This document shows, one piece after another, positions 29,549-41,155 of a DNA stretch of 64,000 nucleotides. The position numbers were made by a program, and so were the translations under genes. The notes under the pieces are model-generated. The model saw nothing but the letters and a program-made list of their open reading frames with translations. It did no database searches and was not told the origin of the DNA. This DNA comes from Tetramitus jugosus (lineage: Eukaryota > Protista > Heterolobosea): assembly GCA_937625935.1 (NCBI GenBank), contig OW569377.1, positions 372,001 through 436,000 on the forward strand, given 5' to 3'. Every line of letters begins with the position of its first letter. The first letter of the stretch is position 1.

Positions 29549-32500
29549 CTAACAAAAACGAACATCGAATACAAAAGTACCTACTTCGTTTCCAACATCA
29601 TCCAATATTCTGGTTCTAATTCTCTTCTTTGTCCTTAGTTTGGGAGGGGTAAGTGTTTGCTTGGCAAGTTGAATTGTGTATCTCTGTTCTTCACTTGCAG
29701 GACTGTCTTCGATGGGAGTTACGACCGTTCTCTTGCTTGACAATCGTTGTTCCACATGGCAAGATTTTACATTTCCGAGAGCATAGTACGCAATCTCAGC
29801 ATGAAATGTGAATACTTTCTTCAGAGGTAGCTTAAGGCATGGAATCGTGTTGCTCTCACTATTGCCACTACAGAGTTCAAGTGGACAGGGAAGACCATCT
29901 ATGTGAACACTCATTGACTCAAGCACTATGCAGCTTTTCAAACATTGAGGAACACTTACATGGAAAGTATTCAAAGTTATTAGTTGCAGACTATTGATGG
30001 AGCCACTGGATTCAACTGCTGGGCCAAAGGAACCAGTGAACGATCTCTCTCCCTTGTTGAAAGTGAGTGCGTAGGGAATATCAAACACTGAGATAGCGGG
30101 TAACTTGAGAACTTGTAGGAGAATATGACAAATCTCAGTTTTTCTCTCGGACCATAACAGCTCATCACTTCGATTATGTGTGTGGATGCAGAGGAAATTG
30201 TCACTGAGACTACTAACAGATATCCGCTCAATGCTCGCAAAAGGAATAACTGTCTTGCACTTACTGAAACGATGGTCCAATAAAAATATACTAGAGTCAG
30301 TAATGACCAAGGCAGCTCTTCTTCTTCGCAACTTTCTTGTGTATCTAGTGACACTGTCACAGAATTGAATGTTATCAATGAGAATATCTGACAGTTGAGA
30401 TATTTGTTTCATATTGCGATAACCATTCACTGGAATATATAATCCAATATAGTCTCTGTCGATAGAACATCTTCGTCTCATCTTTTTCCCTCGGTAGACA
30501 TCTTGAATGGATGTCTTGGTCTGATCCATACTTCTGCTCATGTGAATCAATTTCTGCCTAGGGGTAGTGCTCTGTTGCAGCAGGAGCTTGTTGGCTAAGA
30601 ATGCCGTATCGGCCCAGTTTGGATTGTACGTGACAATCCAATGATTGGCATTGGTAGAGCTTCTGCAGATCATAAACTCACTATCCAATGACTCCCTGGA
30701 TTCAAATGTTGCATTGATGATATCTCCATTAGATTTGGGAAGAAAGGCCACTGAAGAAGCTACTTGAATTGAGAGTTCTTTTCTTGAATTGTACTTTGGC
30801 TGAGCTACCCATTGCAGTATTTCGATGATTTCAGTTTTCTTAATGGATGATAAGAGAAAGTCGTGAGGTTCTGAGCATTGAATTGCAAAGAAGTTGTCAT
30901 CACCAGAACTGACTGCCAAGCTCATAATGCTTTCTACAGGAATTCGGCATCGAACATTGCCTTCCAATCCATTGAAAAGATAGACAGCAGAATTTGTGAT
31001 GACCAAACGGCATTCCTTGCTACTCATTCCTGATGATACAATGTAGTGTACCATGCTACTGAAAACAACCACAGGTTCTCCAAAGTGTTTCTCAAAATTT
31101 GAAAACAGTGCACTACTACAAAAGGCTGTGTAATCACCATCATATCTGGAGTTTGATGTAACGCTGGACAATGACCCTCTCCTCCTTAGTTTCTTCCCCT
31201 TGTATACATCGTTTTCAAAATATTCTTGATCTCCGTGATCGAGTAGTTCAGGATCGTTCTTCAATACCTTTTGGAAGCATTCAACTTCATCATTCAAAAA
31301 TCTCAATAGTTCCTTGTCCAGTTGAGAAATTTCTCTCGTAGTTCCAACAATCGCAGCGTCCTGTTCGTTTACATTGCTCTCTAGAGTGTAACTTAGATGT
31401 AAACATCGCTCCTTACTTGATTTGAGAGTTCGAATGGCTTGTTCGAGCTTCTCCAATTCGTACTCGTGAGACACGATTTCATCATTCAGTTTATGAATTC
31501 GTCTTCTCATCTCAAGGGATGTTGTTTGGTAAATCTGGAGCTCTGTTTGAGCAGAGCATCTATGATCACACAGTTTTTGTCGCTTCTCTGCCATATCAAG
31601 CAGAGAAGTCCCATGACCAACATTACATCTTTGTTTGTACGCTTCCTGGCTATTTTGGATACATCCATAAACCAATCCTTTAAACTTTGAGAATAGAACT
31701 TGATGGTTGTGCACCTTCTTTTCCACATCAGAAGGGCTTCTAATCAATAGCGTTTGCTTCATATTATCGACCAGAGACACAATTTTAAATGTGTGACTAC
31801 TAGGTTTCGATACCATGGAGCAAAAGTGAAGGAACAACACGAGAATATTCTGCTGTGATTCCGAGCGCTTGAGCGTTTTGCTCAATAGCTTGTCTCCGGT
31901 CGTCTCTGGCAATAAAACGACAACATCACTAAACAAATAAGCTGAATAATTGCCATGAGTCGAGAATGCACTTTTTTCTCCCTTGGTACCTCTTCGTCCC
32001 CGAGCTGCACTCTTGATTGCCTCAGAGTTGGCAGCTTCAACAAAGTTAAGTCTCGAACAAATGATGGAACAATTGACTTGAGCTGACGCAACAAATCTGC
32101 GATGAGATTGTATAAAATTGTTAATGCCAAGCTCTTTGCTCAACACAGTTGAGATGTAACTGAAGGTACTCAAGGTATCGGAAGCTGCCTTACTTTTATC
32201 ACAGTGATGGGCAATATCTGTGATGAGCTTCACTGCTTGTTGAATACGTGGATAATCATCCATCGATTCATCTGTCACCTCGAGAATGTTCTGAAGTAAC
32301 ATTTGATATCTTGGAATTCTCTGAATGGGAATAATAAGCAACGTTGCCAAATCGTTGGCGAGACCAGAATTGGATGGACTTCGACTTGAAGGTTGACCTA
32401 CACATGATTCAACATAGGATTTGAACCACTTTTGTTTTCTCAACTTTTGATACAGCTCATATGCTTCATCATAATTATTTACAAAATCAGTGTACAACTT

Positions 32501-33304
32501 CAAACATGGAGCAGTTTCTTGAAAAACTCTTCCTATCGCGGAGAATTCTTCATTTCCTTCACCCACAGAACTGACTTCATTCTTGAGCTTCTCCAACAGA
32601 TAGGTGTTAGCTCCCAAAATTTGCTTAATATTGCCAAAGAGGCATTTGTATTCGCTCTCAGAGAATGTTGATTGATTATTCAATGGCAGACCATTGGTCG
32701 AGCTATTTCCTAGACTAACTTCATTCATCATTCTCCAAGCTTCCTTTGCATACACCTCAACAAACAAGGTCAAATTCCTGACATAGATCTCTTCTGTTGT
32801 AATTGTTTCCTTGACCAACTCTCTTCTCTTTGTCAATTTCCGACTGACAATCGCGATCAACGTGGATGGAGGAGCAGAAAATATGGTTGGTATCGACAAG
32901 TCTTCCTCTGACGAGTTCTCTTTGATTTCTTCTACATGAGTATCCTGCTGTTTGTTAGGTGAAGACACAGGAGTAATATCAGTACCAGAATATGTATTGT
33001 GAGATTGACTGCGAGTCGTCGCTTCGCATGACTTGAGTACACTTGCTACTTGTGAAGAACTCGAGAAGCTAGAGTTGTTATCATATGATGATGATAACAG
33101 TTCACTATAATCATACTGCCACGAATAAGAAGAACTCATTTTGTTCAGGATTCCATCAGGATTGCTTACGTTTCTTCTGATGGGCGGTTTTGCAATACTA
33201 TCCAGCCTACTTCTCATTCGAGGGGACATCTCTATCGTATTGGATGACTCCACCATTAAATTCGAACTGAAAGTACCAGTATTAGACTGTATGGATTGTG
33301 TCAT
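29549..33304 (-). CDS. RhoGEF (DH-PH) with coiled coil and two myosin-I TH1-like domains
   Basis: DH motifs ETITTEEIYVRNL and LLIIPIQRIPRYQMLL; duplicated Y(K/R)GKK.RRR.S...F...V...R.LVIT..(V/I)(Y/F)L...SS..DNF. Confidence 0.82.
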   Translation of the reverse strand: MTQSIQSNTGTFSSNLMVESSNTIEMSPRMRSRLDSIAKPPIRRNVSNPDGILNKMSSSYSWQYDYSELLSSSYDNNSSFSSSSQVASVLKSCEATTRSQSHNTYSGTDITPVSSPNKQQDTHVEEIKENSSEEDLSIPTIFSAPPSTLIAIVSRKLTKRRELVKETITTEEIYVRNLTLFVEVYAKEAWRMMNEVSLGNSSTNGLPLNNQSTFSESEYKCLFGNIKQILGANTYLLEKLKNEVSSVGEGNEEFSAIGRVFQETAPCLKLYTDFVNNYDEAYELYQKLRKQKWFKSYVESCVGQPSSRSPSNSGLANDLATLLIIPIQRIPRYQMLLQNILEVTDESMDDYPRIQQAVKLITDIAHHCDKSKAASDTLSTFSYISTVLSKELGINNFIQSHRRFVASAQVNCSIICSRLNFVEAANSEAIKSAARGRRGTKGEKSAFSTHGNYSAYLFSDVVVLLPETTGDKLLSKTLKRSESQQNILVLFLHFCSMVSKPSSHTFKIVSLVDNMKQTLLIRSPSDVEKKVHNHQVLFSKFKGLVYGCIQNSQEAYKQRCNVGHGTSLLDMAEKRQKLCDHRCSAQTELQIYQTTSLEMRRRIHKLNDEIVSHEYELEKLEQAIRTLKSSKERCLHLSYTLESNVNEQDAAIVGTTREISQLDKELLRFLNDEVECFQKVLKNDPELLDHGDQEYFENDVYKGKKLRRRGSLSSVTSNSRYDGDYTAFCSSALFSNFEKHFGEPVVVFSSMVHYIVSSGMSSKECRLVITNSAVYLFNGLEGNVRCRIPVESIMSLAVSSGDDNFFAIQCSEPHDFLLSSIKKTEIIEILQWVAQPKYNSRKELSIQVASSVAFLPKSNGDIINATFESRESLDSEFMICRSSTNANHWIVTYNPNWADTAFLANKLLLQQSTTPRQKLIHMSRSMDQTKTSIQDVYRGKKMRRRCSIDRDYIGLYIPVNGYRNMKQISQLSDILIDNIQFCDSVTRYTRKLRRRRAALVITDSSIFLLDHRFSKCKTVIPFASIERISVSSLSDNFLCIHTHNRSDELLWSERKTEICHILLQVLKLPAISVFDIPYALTFNKGERSFTGSFGPAVESSGSINSLQLITLNTFHVSVPQCLKSCIVLESMSVHIDGLPCPLELCSGNSESNTIPCLKLPLKKVFTFHAEIAYYALGNVKSCHVEQRLSSKRTVVTPIEDSPASEEQRYTIQLAKQTLTPPKLRTKKRIRTRILDDVGNEVGTFVFDVRFC

Positions 33305-33620
33305 TCTGAAGTTGTGTTGTGGTTGTTTCGTCTTTTGTGTTCCAGAGAACCGTGTCACAGACAAAACAACCAACACTTTGCTGCAGTGACATCTAAAAAC
33401 CTCTACCGGTTGGTGAGCCCAAACAGTCCGTGGGAATATTCAATGTGATATCATTATCCACACAACAACATCACACGATGGACTATTTTCGATTTTTCAG
33501 ATGGTTCAGAGAGAGAAAAAAAATTCTGCTATCGTGACAAATTCAGCTTGTCAGACATCAGCGGCTTTTTTATGGCAAAATAGAACAACTCCTTGACAGC
33601 GCAGAGAAAAATCTTTGACA

Positions 33621-35867
33621 TCATAGATCCTGGATGCCAAACAATCTGTTTCGATCCACAATACAAGTAATCTCGGGCCTGTGTTGCACCGAAAACGAAT
33701 GCTCACTAAACATCCGAAACTTACCAACCCAGGATGGTATGTGATGAAAGCTCACATACCTTAATTCTATTACATCCTTGTTATGCACAACATTTAATTG
33801 ATCCAACACATTGCACAGAGCGTTAGAATCTGTTGTGTGTCGGAACGGAAATTCCTTCTCTCTATGCCTCACAATCTCATAGGGTGTCTGATTCTGTAAC
33901 AACCAACTCGAGCTTGGAATAATGAGTGAAGATGAAGACAAGCGCTTATGCATTCTCTCGTCTTCTCCGTCTTCGCTTTCATTGAGACTCTTACTCTCCT
34001 CAACACTCTTATCCACACTCGTATCATTCTTGTACTCACTATCAACAAACACGCGATAACACGTATCGTCCACGAATATTGTTGAACAGTACCGAGTGTC
34101 ATAATCGTAGCATAGAGTTGAAGTTTCAATTGGTCCCAAAGTAGATCCCGCATGATTCACATAAGCAGAGCAAGTCGTTGTCCCAGTATCCCATTGAGGA
34201 CTATAATGATAGTGCACATAGTTGCCATAACGACTCAAATTACGCACCTTTCTCTTTCCAATGTTGGAATGTGCGGCCAAACCAAATGAAAACCGCTGTT
34301 TCACATCAGGTTTCTGTCCAATAACGTCGCTCGAAGCTGTTTTGAACTCGACGCTCACTGCTGATCTCCCTACATGATAACAATGATGATTCTCCTGCAA
34401 AGAAGCATCACCACTATTATTGTTATTAGTACTATTGTTCCACTCTCTCAGCATTGGCAAATAAAACTGAGAGCTCAACGTACTCTTGTTTTGCAAATTT
34501 TGACACTGAATAAGACTGACTCGCTTGAGAGAAGCGAATTTGAACCTAGGTTTTTGTTGTTTTTGTTGGCTTCTTTTTTGCTCAACATCAACAACAGCTT
34601 CTTTGGTTGCTTGTTTTCTTGTTGTCATTGTCGACATACTTGTTCGTGGTAGTGGTGACTTTAAATGCGGTACCACATTGTTCTTTCCATTTTTCACTGC
34701 ACAGTCTGTCATTTCATGAAATGACGCAACCAATGTCGTTTCATTTTGCTTATTATTATTATTGTTCACTGTTCTGAAACAATCATCATCATGATCATTC
34801 ACTCGTGCACAATCAGTGCCATTCTGAATCACACTTTTTCGCCTTGTCTTCCCCTGTTTTTCATCATTATCACCACCGCTACTATGACTACTATTACTAC
34901 TCTTGTTGAGTTCATGATTGTTACATTGACATGATGATTCAACTCCCAATTGAATGTGTTCACAAGAGTGACCAGACTCACTCTTCTCATACAAAATGTT
35001 GTACGCTACATCACCTTCACTCACTTCATCACTCATTTCATCACCTCCTCTATTCACATTATTCACATAATCTTCTTCATGATATTCATCGATTTCGTCA
35101 CTTTCATTATTATCATAGTAATCATAGTAATCACCATAGAGACCACATTGAGCAAATTGATCATGATGATGATGACTATTGTTATTATTATTCTTAATAT
35201 TCGATGAAGATGATTGTTTCTCTTGAGTCAGATTAATAATTTGATATTGTTGCTTATATTCGTTGAAACTCTTGTCCAACATGATGACAAATTGTCGAAA
35301 TGATGAATCAGAGATGCGTGTAAAATGAGGTTGTTTTGTTTTTCGTTGATGTTGCTTATTTGCATGAGTATTGTTGTTATTTGATGATAAGGATGATGAT
35401 GCATGATTTTGATGATGATGATGATTTGTTGTTGATGATGATGATGATGAATGATCACCATGATGATGACTATGATGATGCTGATGATGATGGTTGTTGT
35501 TGTTGTTGTTGTTGGTAGTGCAATCGATTCGTTCAAACACAAAAGCTTCTTGCAATGATAACCAATAGGACACAATGTGATACCATTGTGATTTATTGAC
35601 TTGTTGAATCATGAATTTAGTTCTCATGTCCAAGTACTCTAATATGTGAAAAGCTAACTCGTGTGGTAACAAGAAACCACTATCATTGTTATTGTGATTG
35701 TGAGAGTCATGATTGTTGTTGTTGTTGTTGTGATGATGATGATCAAAGTGACTAGCGGTCGACGATTTTCTCATGTAGGAGAATTTGCGGCCATGATGTT
35801 TTTGTCTCGGTGACAGTGCCCATGAGGAAGTTGAAACTCGGAAAAAGAAACTCAATTGTTGTCCCAT
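33621..35867 (-). CDS. F-box protein with extensive Asn/His/Ser low-complexity tracts
   Basis: F-box LLPHELAFHILEYLD; 748-aa open frame. Confidence 0.7.
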   Translation of the reverse strand: MGQQLSFFFRVSTSSWALSPRQKHHGRKFSYMRKSSTASHFDHHHHNNNNNNHDSHNHNNNDSGFLLPHELAFHILEYLDMRTKFMIQQVNKSQWYHIVSYWLSLQEAFVFERIDCTTNNNNNNNHHHQHHHSHHHGDHSSSSSSTTNHHHHQNHASSSLSSNNNNTHANKQHQRKTKQPHFTRISDSSFRQFVIMLDKSFNEYKQQYQIINLTQEKQSSSSNIKNNNNNSHHHHDQFAQCGLYGDYYDYYDNNESDEIDEYHEEDYVNNVNRGGDEMSDEVSEGDVAYNILYEKSESGHSCEHIQLGVESSCQCNNHELNKSSNSSHSSGGDNDEKQGKTRRKSVIQNGTDCARVNDHDDDCFRTVNNNNNKQNETTLVASFHEMTDCAVKNGKNNVVPHLKSPLPRTSMSTMTTRKQATKEAVVDVEQKRSQQKQQKPRFKFASLKRVSLIQCQNLQNKSTLSSQFYLPMLREWNNSTNNNNSGDASLQENHHCYHVGRSAVSVEFKTASSDVIGQKPDVKQRFSFGLAAHSNIGKRKVRNLSRYGNYVHYHYSPQWDTGTTTCSAYVNHAGSTLGPIETSTLCYDYDTRYCSTIFVDDTCYRVFVDSEYKNDTSVDKSVEESKSLNESEDGEDERMHKRLSSSSLIIPSSSWLLQNQTPYEIVRHREKEFPFRHTTDSNALCNVLDQLNVVHNKDVIELRYVSFHHIPSWVGKFRMFSEHSFSVQHRPEITCIVDRNRLFGIQDL

Positions 35868-36192
35868 TATGAATTATGTGCTTGTTTTGTGTGTGGTTGT
35901 TGTTGTGGAAGTTTGATGCACTATTCGTTTTTGAGGTGATTGATCATTTGATTTTTTGTGTGATGATGGAGAAGGCAATTGCTCTTGTTTGTTGTGTGTT
36001 GATTTGTTGTGTTCTTTGAGTAATGATTGGTGATTGGGCTTGTACTCGTGCAGATTGAACTGGTTATTGCTGATGTGTTGTCTTGGGGGTATGTGATGCG
36101 AGCCGCTGTGTTTTTTTATGGAAGGCCCCGTCAACAGTCAGCTGCAGGGAGGTATGATGAAAAGGGATAATGACGATGTGGTGAGCTCTTTC

Positions 36193-38250
36193 TTACAAGG
36201 GATTTTGCTCCAAGTACTGCATGATGAAGCTTGGATGTGAACCTTGACAATGATACCGTGGTTTCTGTTTCTTGGGCTTGAATACAAAGGAGTGACGTAC
36301 AAGAATTTCTTGTTCCAAATCATAGAACTTCTTCATATCGTCCAGAGCTGGGCGATTCTTCTCCAATTGGTCGAGATACTCTTGATCCACTTGTTTTCCT
36401 ATTCGCTTCTTTTTCTTGTAGATGTCCTTCTCGTCAGAGAAGTCATCTTTGAGATTTTTATCCCTCCCAGATTCCTTTGTCCTCTTCTCGCTAGGATTTA
36501 TGAGCGTCTCTATCTCAGGAAGATTAGAAAACATGCGATCATCTGGTTTGTAATTCAACACCTTTGATGTTTCAGGTGTGATACTGTTCAACTCGATGGG
36601 TCCTGTGGTTTCATTAGGCTTGAACTTAGCGTTCTTCATCTTCTCAATTTTGTTTCTCAATAGTCTGGTTGAGTTCAGGACCACAGGAGAAGTTGGAAAT
36701 ACTGTTGTTTTGTTACTTGAGAGTTTAGATAATGTGTCTTGAATCTTATCATTGTTTCCAAAGTTAAAACTTCGTGGATCTCTTCTAGACCCCTCTGAAC
36801 TAGACTCAAACTCTAACCTCTCTGGTTCAGTGACGAACGAAACAGTTGGTTTCCTTTTGAATACTCTTCGGTCTTCCTTCGGTTTAGAATGGTTTGGATA
36901 AGGTTCTGGTTGAGGAACAACTTTCATTGGAAACTCTCCTTCATCAAACAGCATTTCTTCGTCGTCGTTGACAGTAACTTCTTCATCTACAGTTCCAAGA
37001 GATAACACCGATTCATTCTCATTGAATTCGGAGTACGTCATGGCTTCTGATTCATTGTCATCTCCTTCACTCGCGTAATCTTCGAATTGAATACCTGGGT
37101 GACACTCATCGTTGTGATACTCTGATGTCTCTATCAACAGCTTTGATAGAGTCCATGCTGCGCCACTACCATCACTGAACACAACAAGTAGTCTTTCCTC
37201 GATACTCCCATTGTTATTTTCTGTTACAACAGTACAATACACTACTTCTTGCTCAAAGGGGCCGTAATGAAGATATAATTGACCCTCTTCATTAAAAAGT
37301 TGGATAGAATTCGATGTTCCCTTTGTACAAATAATGTAACTGATACCTGTTGTTGTATTGAAGTGAGAAAGCCAAGTGATTTCGGACTGTTCTCCTGCCA
37401 AGTTCGAATACATAATATCTACCACCTCGATGGTTTCGGCTATCCGTATTCGAAACACTGTTCCCAACATGTTTCCAAGCAATAAATCATTCCCAGAATC
37501 GAGCTGAATGAGATCAGATAGGTGAGCTATACTAGACTCGATGATGAACTCTTGAATCTTCGAATGGTCTGAGATGTTGTAAAAAATCAATCTTCCAAGG
37601 TCACAAGCTACAGCGATCAACTCTTCACTCACAAAGAATATTCGATAGTTTGCTCGCTTACTTCCAGTTCCAAACAGATTCGACAAGTCAATCTTTGTAT
37701 TTTTCAAAACAACTGGTCTTTCGAAACTCTCATCCATATCTAAGACATCCAACTCTCCATCTGTAGAAACGCAAGCTACCCTTTGTCCTGTTGGGGACAC
37801 TTCAACCTGAGCTATACTAGAGCTCATTTTGTTCAATACAAACACATCTCCAGGGACTGTTTCTTCGTCATTCCTGTGTCGAAGTAGCGCATAAAACATC
37901 TTGTTTGAATGCACATGAACAAAGATAATCGACAAGCGAGGTAAAAACTGAAATTGGTTCCACTTGGTGGTAGTTGGAGACAATTTCATTGCTCGATCTC
38001 TTTTTCCTGATTGAGCAACAGTAATGCAATACACATTACTTGCGTTATTCGTTAGATCCAACACAGTAAATAAACCTCTGTTATCACTGGACCCCACAAT
38101 CAATGGAGAATCCTCCTCGCCAAACAAATACTTTCGACAGCAATTTGTATGACTCAGGGATTCTGATTGCACATCTTTAATATAAAACTCTCCCTCCACT
38201 CCTGAGATCTTTTGAAGTTGATAACAGGACCGCGTTACTTCGTTCATCAT
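36193..38250 (-). CDS. Divergent WD40-like beta-propeller protein with disordered C-terminus
   Basis: 685-aa ORF; VSPTGQRVACVSTDGELDVLD-type blades. Confidence 0.65.
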   Translation of the reverse strand: MMNEVTRSCYQLQKISGVEGEFYIKDVQSESLSHTNCCRKYLFGEEDSPLIVGSSDNRGLFTVLDLTNNASNVYCITVAQSGKRDRAMKLSPTTTKWNQFQFLPRLSIIFVHVHSNKMFYALLRHRNDEETVPGDVFVLNKMSSSIAQVEVSPTGQRVACVSTDGELDVLDMDESFERPVVLKNTKIDLSNLFGTGSKRANYRIFFVSEELIAVACDLGRLIFYNISDHSKIQEFIIESSIAHLSDLIQLDSGNDLLLGNMLGTVFRIRIAETIEVVDIMYSNLAGEQSEITWLSHFNTTTGISYIICTKGTSNSIQLFNEEGQLYLHYGPFEQEVVYCTVVTENNNGSIEERLLVVFSDGSGAAWTLSKLLIETSEYHNDECHPGIQFEDYASEGDDNESEAMTYSEFNENESVLSLGTVDEEVTVNDDEEMLFDEGEFPMKVVPQPEPYPNHSKPKEDRRVFKRKPTVSFVTEPERLEFESSSEGSRRDPRSFNFGNNDKIQDTLSKLSSNKTTVFPTSPVVLNSTRLLRNKIEKMKNAKFKPNETTGPIELNSITPETSKVLNYKPDDRMFSNLPEIETLINPSEKRTKESGRDKNLKDDFSDEKDIYKKKKRIGKQVDQEYLDQLEKNRPALDDMKKFYDLEQEILVRHSFVFKPKKQKPRYHCQGSHPSFIMQYLEQNPL

Positions 38251-38368
38251 TGTTGCTGATTTAATTCACCGATCAATCTGTAGTCGCCACAATGGCGCGA
38301 ACGTGTCCAGTGCAGAGAATAATGTATTGGTCACAATTTCACTTGTTCTACTTCATCCGGTGTGTTTA

Positions 38369-41155
38369 TTAGAGATGTGCCTTGATCAGATCCTTCTTTG
38401 TGACGACTCCAACGAGCTTACGTCTCGACAATACCCACGCATGACTCAAACCAACCATCTGAATCAAAAAGTGAACCTTTCCAAGCTTTGTAGAAGCAGC
38501 AATAGAAAATGCTGATTCATCAACAGGGTAGTTCACTTTTTGTGCCAAAATATTCTCTGGGGCTTCATCCGTATTGTCACTCTGACGCAGCACGCTATCA
38601 AGGTATGTCAATAGTTGACGCCTCGTGGTTGATCCCAAAAAGTTCATTGATTCATCATCCTCCACAACAGGGTAAATCAAGTGACCAGTCTTGTTGAGTG
38701 TTTCGACGAGCTTACCTACGGTCATATCGGCTGAGATCCAGTCCAAGTTCGTTTTCATGATATCCGCTGCAGTTAGTTTGTAACTCTTGGCGTGTCTGAT
38801 GCTACCGAGGTAAGGTAGACCTCTAAGATACACAATTGTATCATAAATAGACTTGTTAAATAGATCACCAACACCAACAGCAACCACAGATGCAATCATT
38901 GTCGGAACCATGAAAGATAACTGGCCAGTCATCTCAAACATGACCACAATAGGTGACAGCGTACGGGTAACACCTGCTCCGAGCGCAGCAGCACCTACAA
39001 CTGCATACCCGCCTGGGACCACATCGCCCCAGAAGAAGGCTGTTGTCTCTCCAATCAAACGACCAACTGCCGCACCAATCATCATGGATGGACCGAAAAC
39101 TCCACTTGTCACAGGCATCACCGCAATGGCAATCGTAATAAAGAACTTTTGGACAATTAACACGAGTAGTGTCAGGAAAATCTTGTCCTGGGGCAAATGA
39201 TCGATACCAAAGAGCTGAGTCATGACACGAGTCGAAGATGCAAAAAGCAGAGGATACATGGAGAGACTGAGAGTTGCAGTAATGAGTGAAACACTGCCAA
39301 CCATGAAATATCTCCTGTGTCTGACCAGGGAGAATGTTTGCCTCAATCGGACAAGCTTATGGAAAACAGAGATGAACAATGCACTGATCAATCCACACGC
39401 AATACCAATCACAACAAACAAAAAGTACTCCTTTGGCGAATAAGCCAGAGGCTTGAACTTTGTCGAGTAGAGTGTAGGTTCCGTGTTACCCAAGAGACCA
39501 GTTTGTCTCCATGTGTAAAAGAACAGAGATCCTACGAGAGAACAAAAAATGGCTCGCCACAAGTTTTCAATCTTGTAATAATTGCTCGTGACCTCAACAG
39601 TGAACAAAACACCACCAAAAGGTGATCCAATGGCACCAGCCACGCCAGCAGCACAAGCCGCAGCCAACATGCTCGTCTTCTCCAATTCATTCTTGTTCAA
39701 TCTCGCAAACGGCTTCAACTTCAACAATTGGTTGCAAATACATCCAGCAATGTGAACACTGGGACCGTAACGAGCAGCAGGAAAACCAGCACCAATACCA
39801 CAAATAATACCCAAATACTTTGCAGTCAATGTTTTTAAATTCAAGTATCGCTCCATCATATTACCCGAAAGAATAGATTTCATTTCAGGCACACCGGAAC
39901 CAGGTGACTCACCACTAATCAAATGCACGCAACCAGCGGCCAAAACAGAAAAGCAGAGACAAAATATCACATAGATGGCACAATTGACTGCGAACCAAGG
40001 TGTCAAATCATAAATCATGTTTCTCGCAATTTCCACTCGATGAATCACAAAATCCAACGAAATGTTCATGAGAGCGCAACACACGGCCAACAAGGTCAAA
40101 AAAGTCACATTCAAAAACGGCATATTCTTCAACACGTACTTTCTAAAGTAGTATTTTAGCTTATTCAAATGTGAATCATAGTGTCTGCTCGCCCTCGTTC
40201 CAATTTCACTCAAACTTCCACTTCGAAGCACAACAGCACCAATTCCTCGTTCAATTTTTGACAAATCAGCATACGACTTTTTACCCGTGGTCGAATTGCC
40301 ATCATCATCTCCACCACCACTACCACCATCAATGCCACCACTTCCACTACCAATCAGGCCTACACTACTACCACTACCAGTGATACCAGGATTCTTATCA
40401 AGATCATTCTTCTTCAGATTGTTCTTCATCATGACGTCATTTCGCTTATTATTTTCTTCATTGAAATCATCATCATCGTCCGCCATTTCAAACGTAGAGT
40501 AATAATCCACTGATTCAAACGTTTCATCCTTCAATTTTGGTTTCTTGTGATTACTGGCACGACCAATCGTTGTTTTTCTGTTGACTAGTGTGTGACCCAA
40601 TCGAAGTCCACTACTAATGGACATGGAATGTGAAAGAGAAGGAACGACACTATTCGCATCAGCAGTTGTTGATGATGTCAATGATGATGGAGGAGTATAA
40701 ATTTGTTGATGACTCATGGTACGAACCATGGAACCATCACCACTACCATTAATGCTATGACGATTCAAATGCTTGTTATTATTGTTGTTGTTGTTGTTCG
40801 TGTTATTGGTATTGGTGTTGTCAATGGGTGAATGAAAGCTATTGTAGGTACTGAATGAGACTGAATGGGATCTAGTGTGACCACCTCTCCTGGATCCAGG
40901 TGTTGGTGAAGCTGATCGATTATTATTTGAAATCACATTTTGTTGATTATCGTTGAGACGAAGTTGGTTGAGGTTGAGAGTAGATGAGGGAGGTGATGTG
41001 GGCGGTGTAGCTGATATGACTTGAATCGCTATGTTGTTGTCGATATGCTTGTTACTGTTGTTGTCGTCATGCTTGTTGTGATTATTGTTGTTGTTGTTGG
41101 TATCATCATTGCTATTGGTATTGTTATTGTTGTTGTTGTTATGACTTGTTGACAT
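38369..41155 (-). CDS. CLC-family chloride channel with two CBS domains
   Basis: GSGVPE, ARYGP, GGVLFTVEV, GVFGP, SIYD motifs; C-terminal CBS pair. Confidence 0.93.
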   Translation of the reverse strand: MSTSHNNNNNNNTNSNDDTNNNNNNHNKHDDNNSNKHIDNNIAIQVISATPPTSPPSSTLNLNQLRLNDNQQNVISNNNRSASPTPGSRRGGHTRSHSVSFSTYNSFHSPIDNTNTNNTNNNNNNNNKHLNRHSINGSGDGSMVRTMSHQQIYTPPSSLTSSTTADANSVVPSLSHSMSISSGLRLGHTLVNRKTTIGRASNHKKPKLKDETFESVDYYSTFEMADDDDDFNEENNKRNDVMMKNNLKKNDLDKNPGITGSGSSVGLIGSGSGGIDGGSGGGDDDGNSTTGKKSYADLSKIERGIGAVVLRSGSLSEIGTRASRHYDSHLNKLKYYFRKYVLKNMPFLNVTFLTLLAVCCALMNISLDFVIHRVEIARNMIYDLTPWFAVNCAIYVIFCLCFSVLAAGCVHLISGESPGSGVPEMKSILSGNMMERYLNLKTLTAKYLGIICGIGAGFPAARYGPSVHIAGCICNQLLKLKPFARLNKNELEKTSMLAAACAAGVAGAIGSPFGGVLFTVEVTSNYYKIENLWRAIFCSLVGSLFFYTWRQTGLLGNTEPTLYSTKFKPLAYSPKEYFLFVVIGIACGLISALFISVFHKLVRLRQTFSLVRHRRYFMVGSVSLITATLSLSMYPLLFASSTRVMTQLFGIDHLPQDKIFLTLLVLIVQKFFITIAIAVMPVTSGVFGPSMMIGAAVGRLIGETTAFFWGDVVPGGYAVVGAAALGAGVTRTLSPIVVMFEMTGQLSFMVPTMIASVVAVGVGDLFNKSIYDTIVYLRGLPYLGSIRHAKSYKLTAADIMKTNLDWISADMTVGKLVETLNKTGHLIYPVVEDDESMNFLGSTTRRQLLTYLDSVLRQSDNTDEAPENILAQKVNYPVDESAFSIAASTKLGKVHFLIQMVGLSHAWVLSRRKLVGVVTKKDLIKAHL

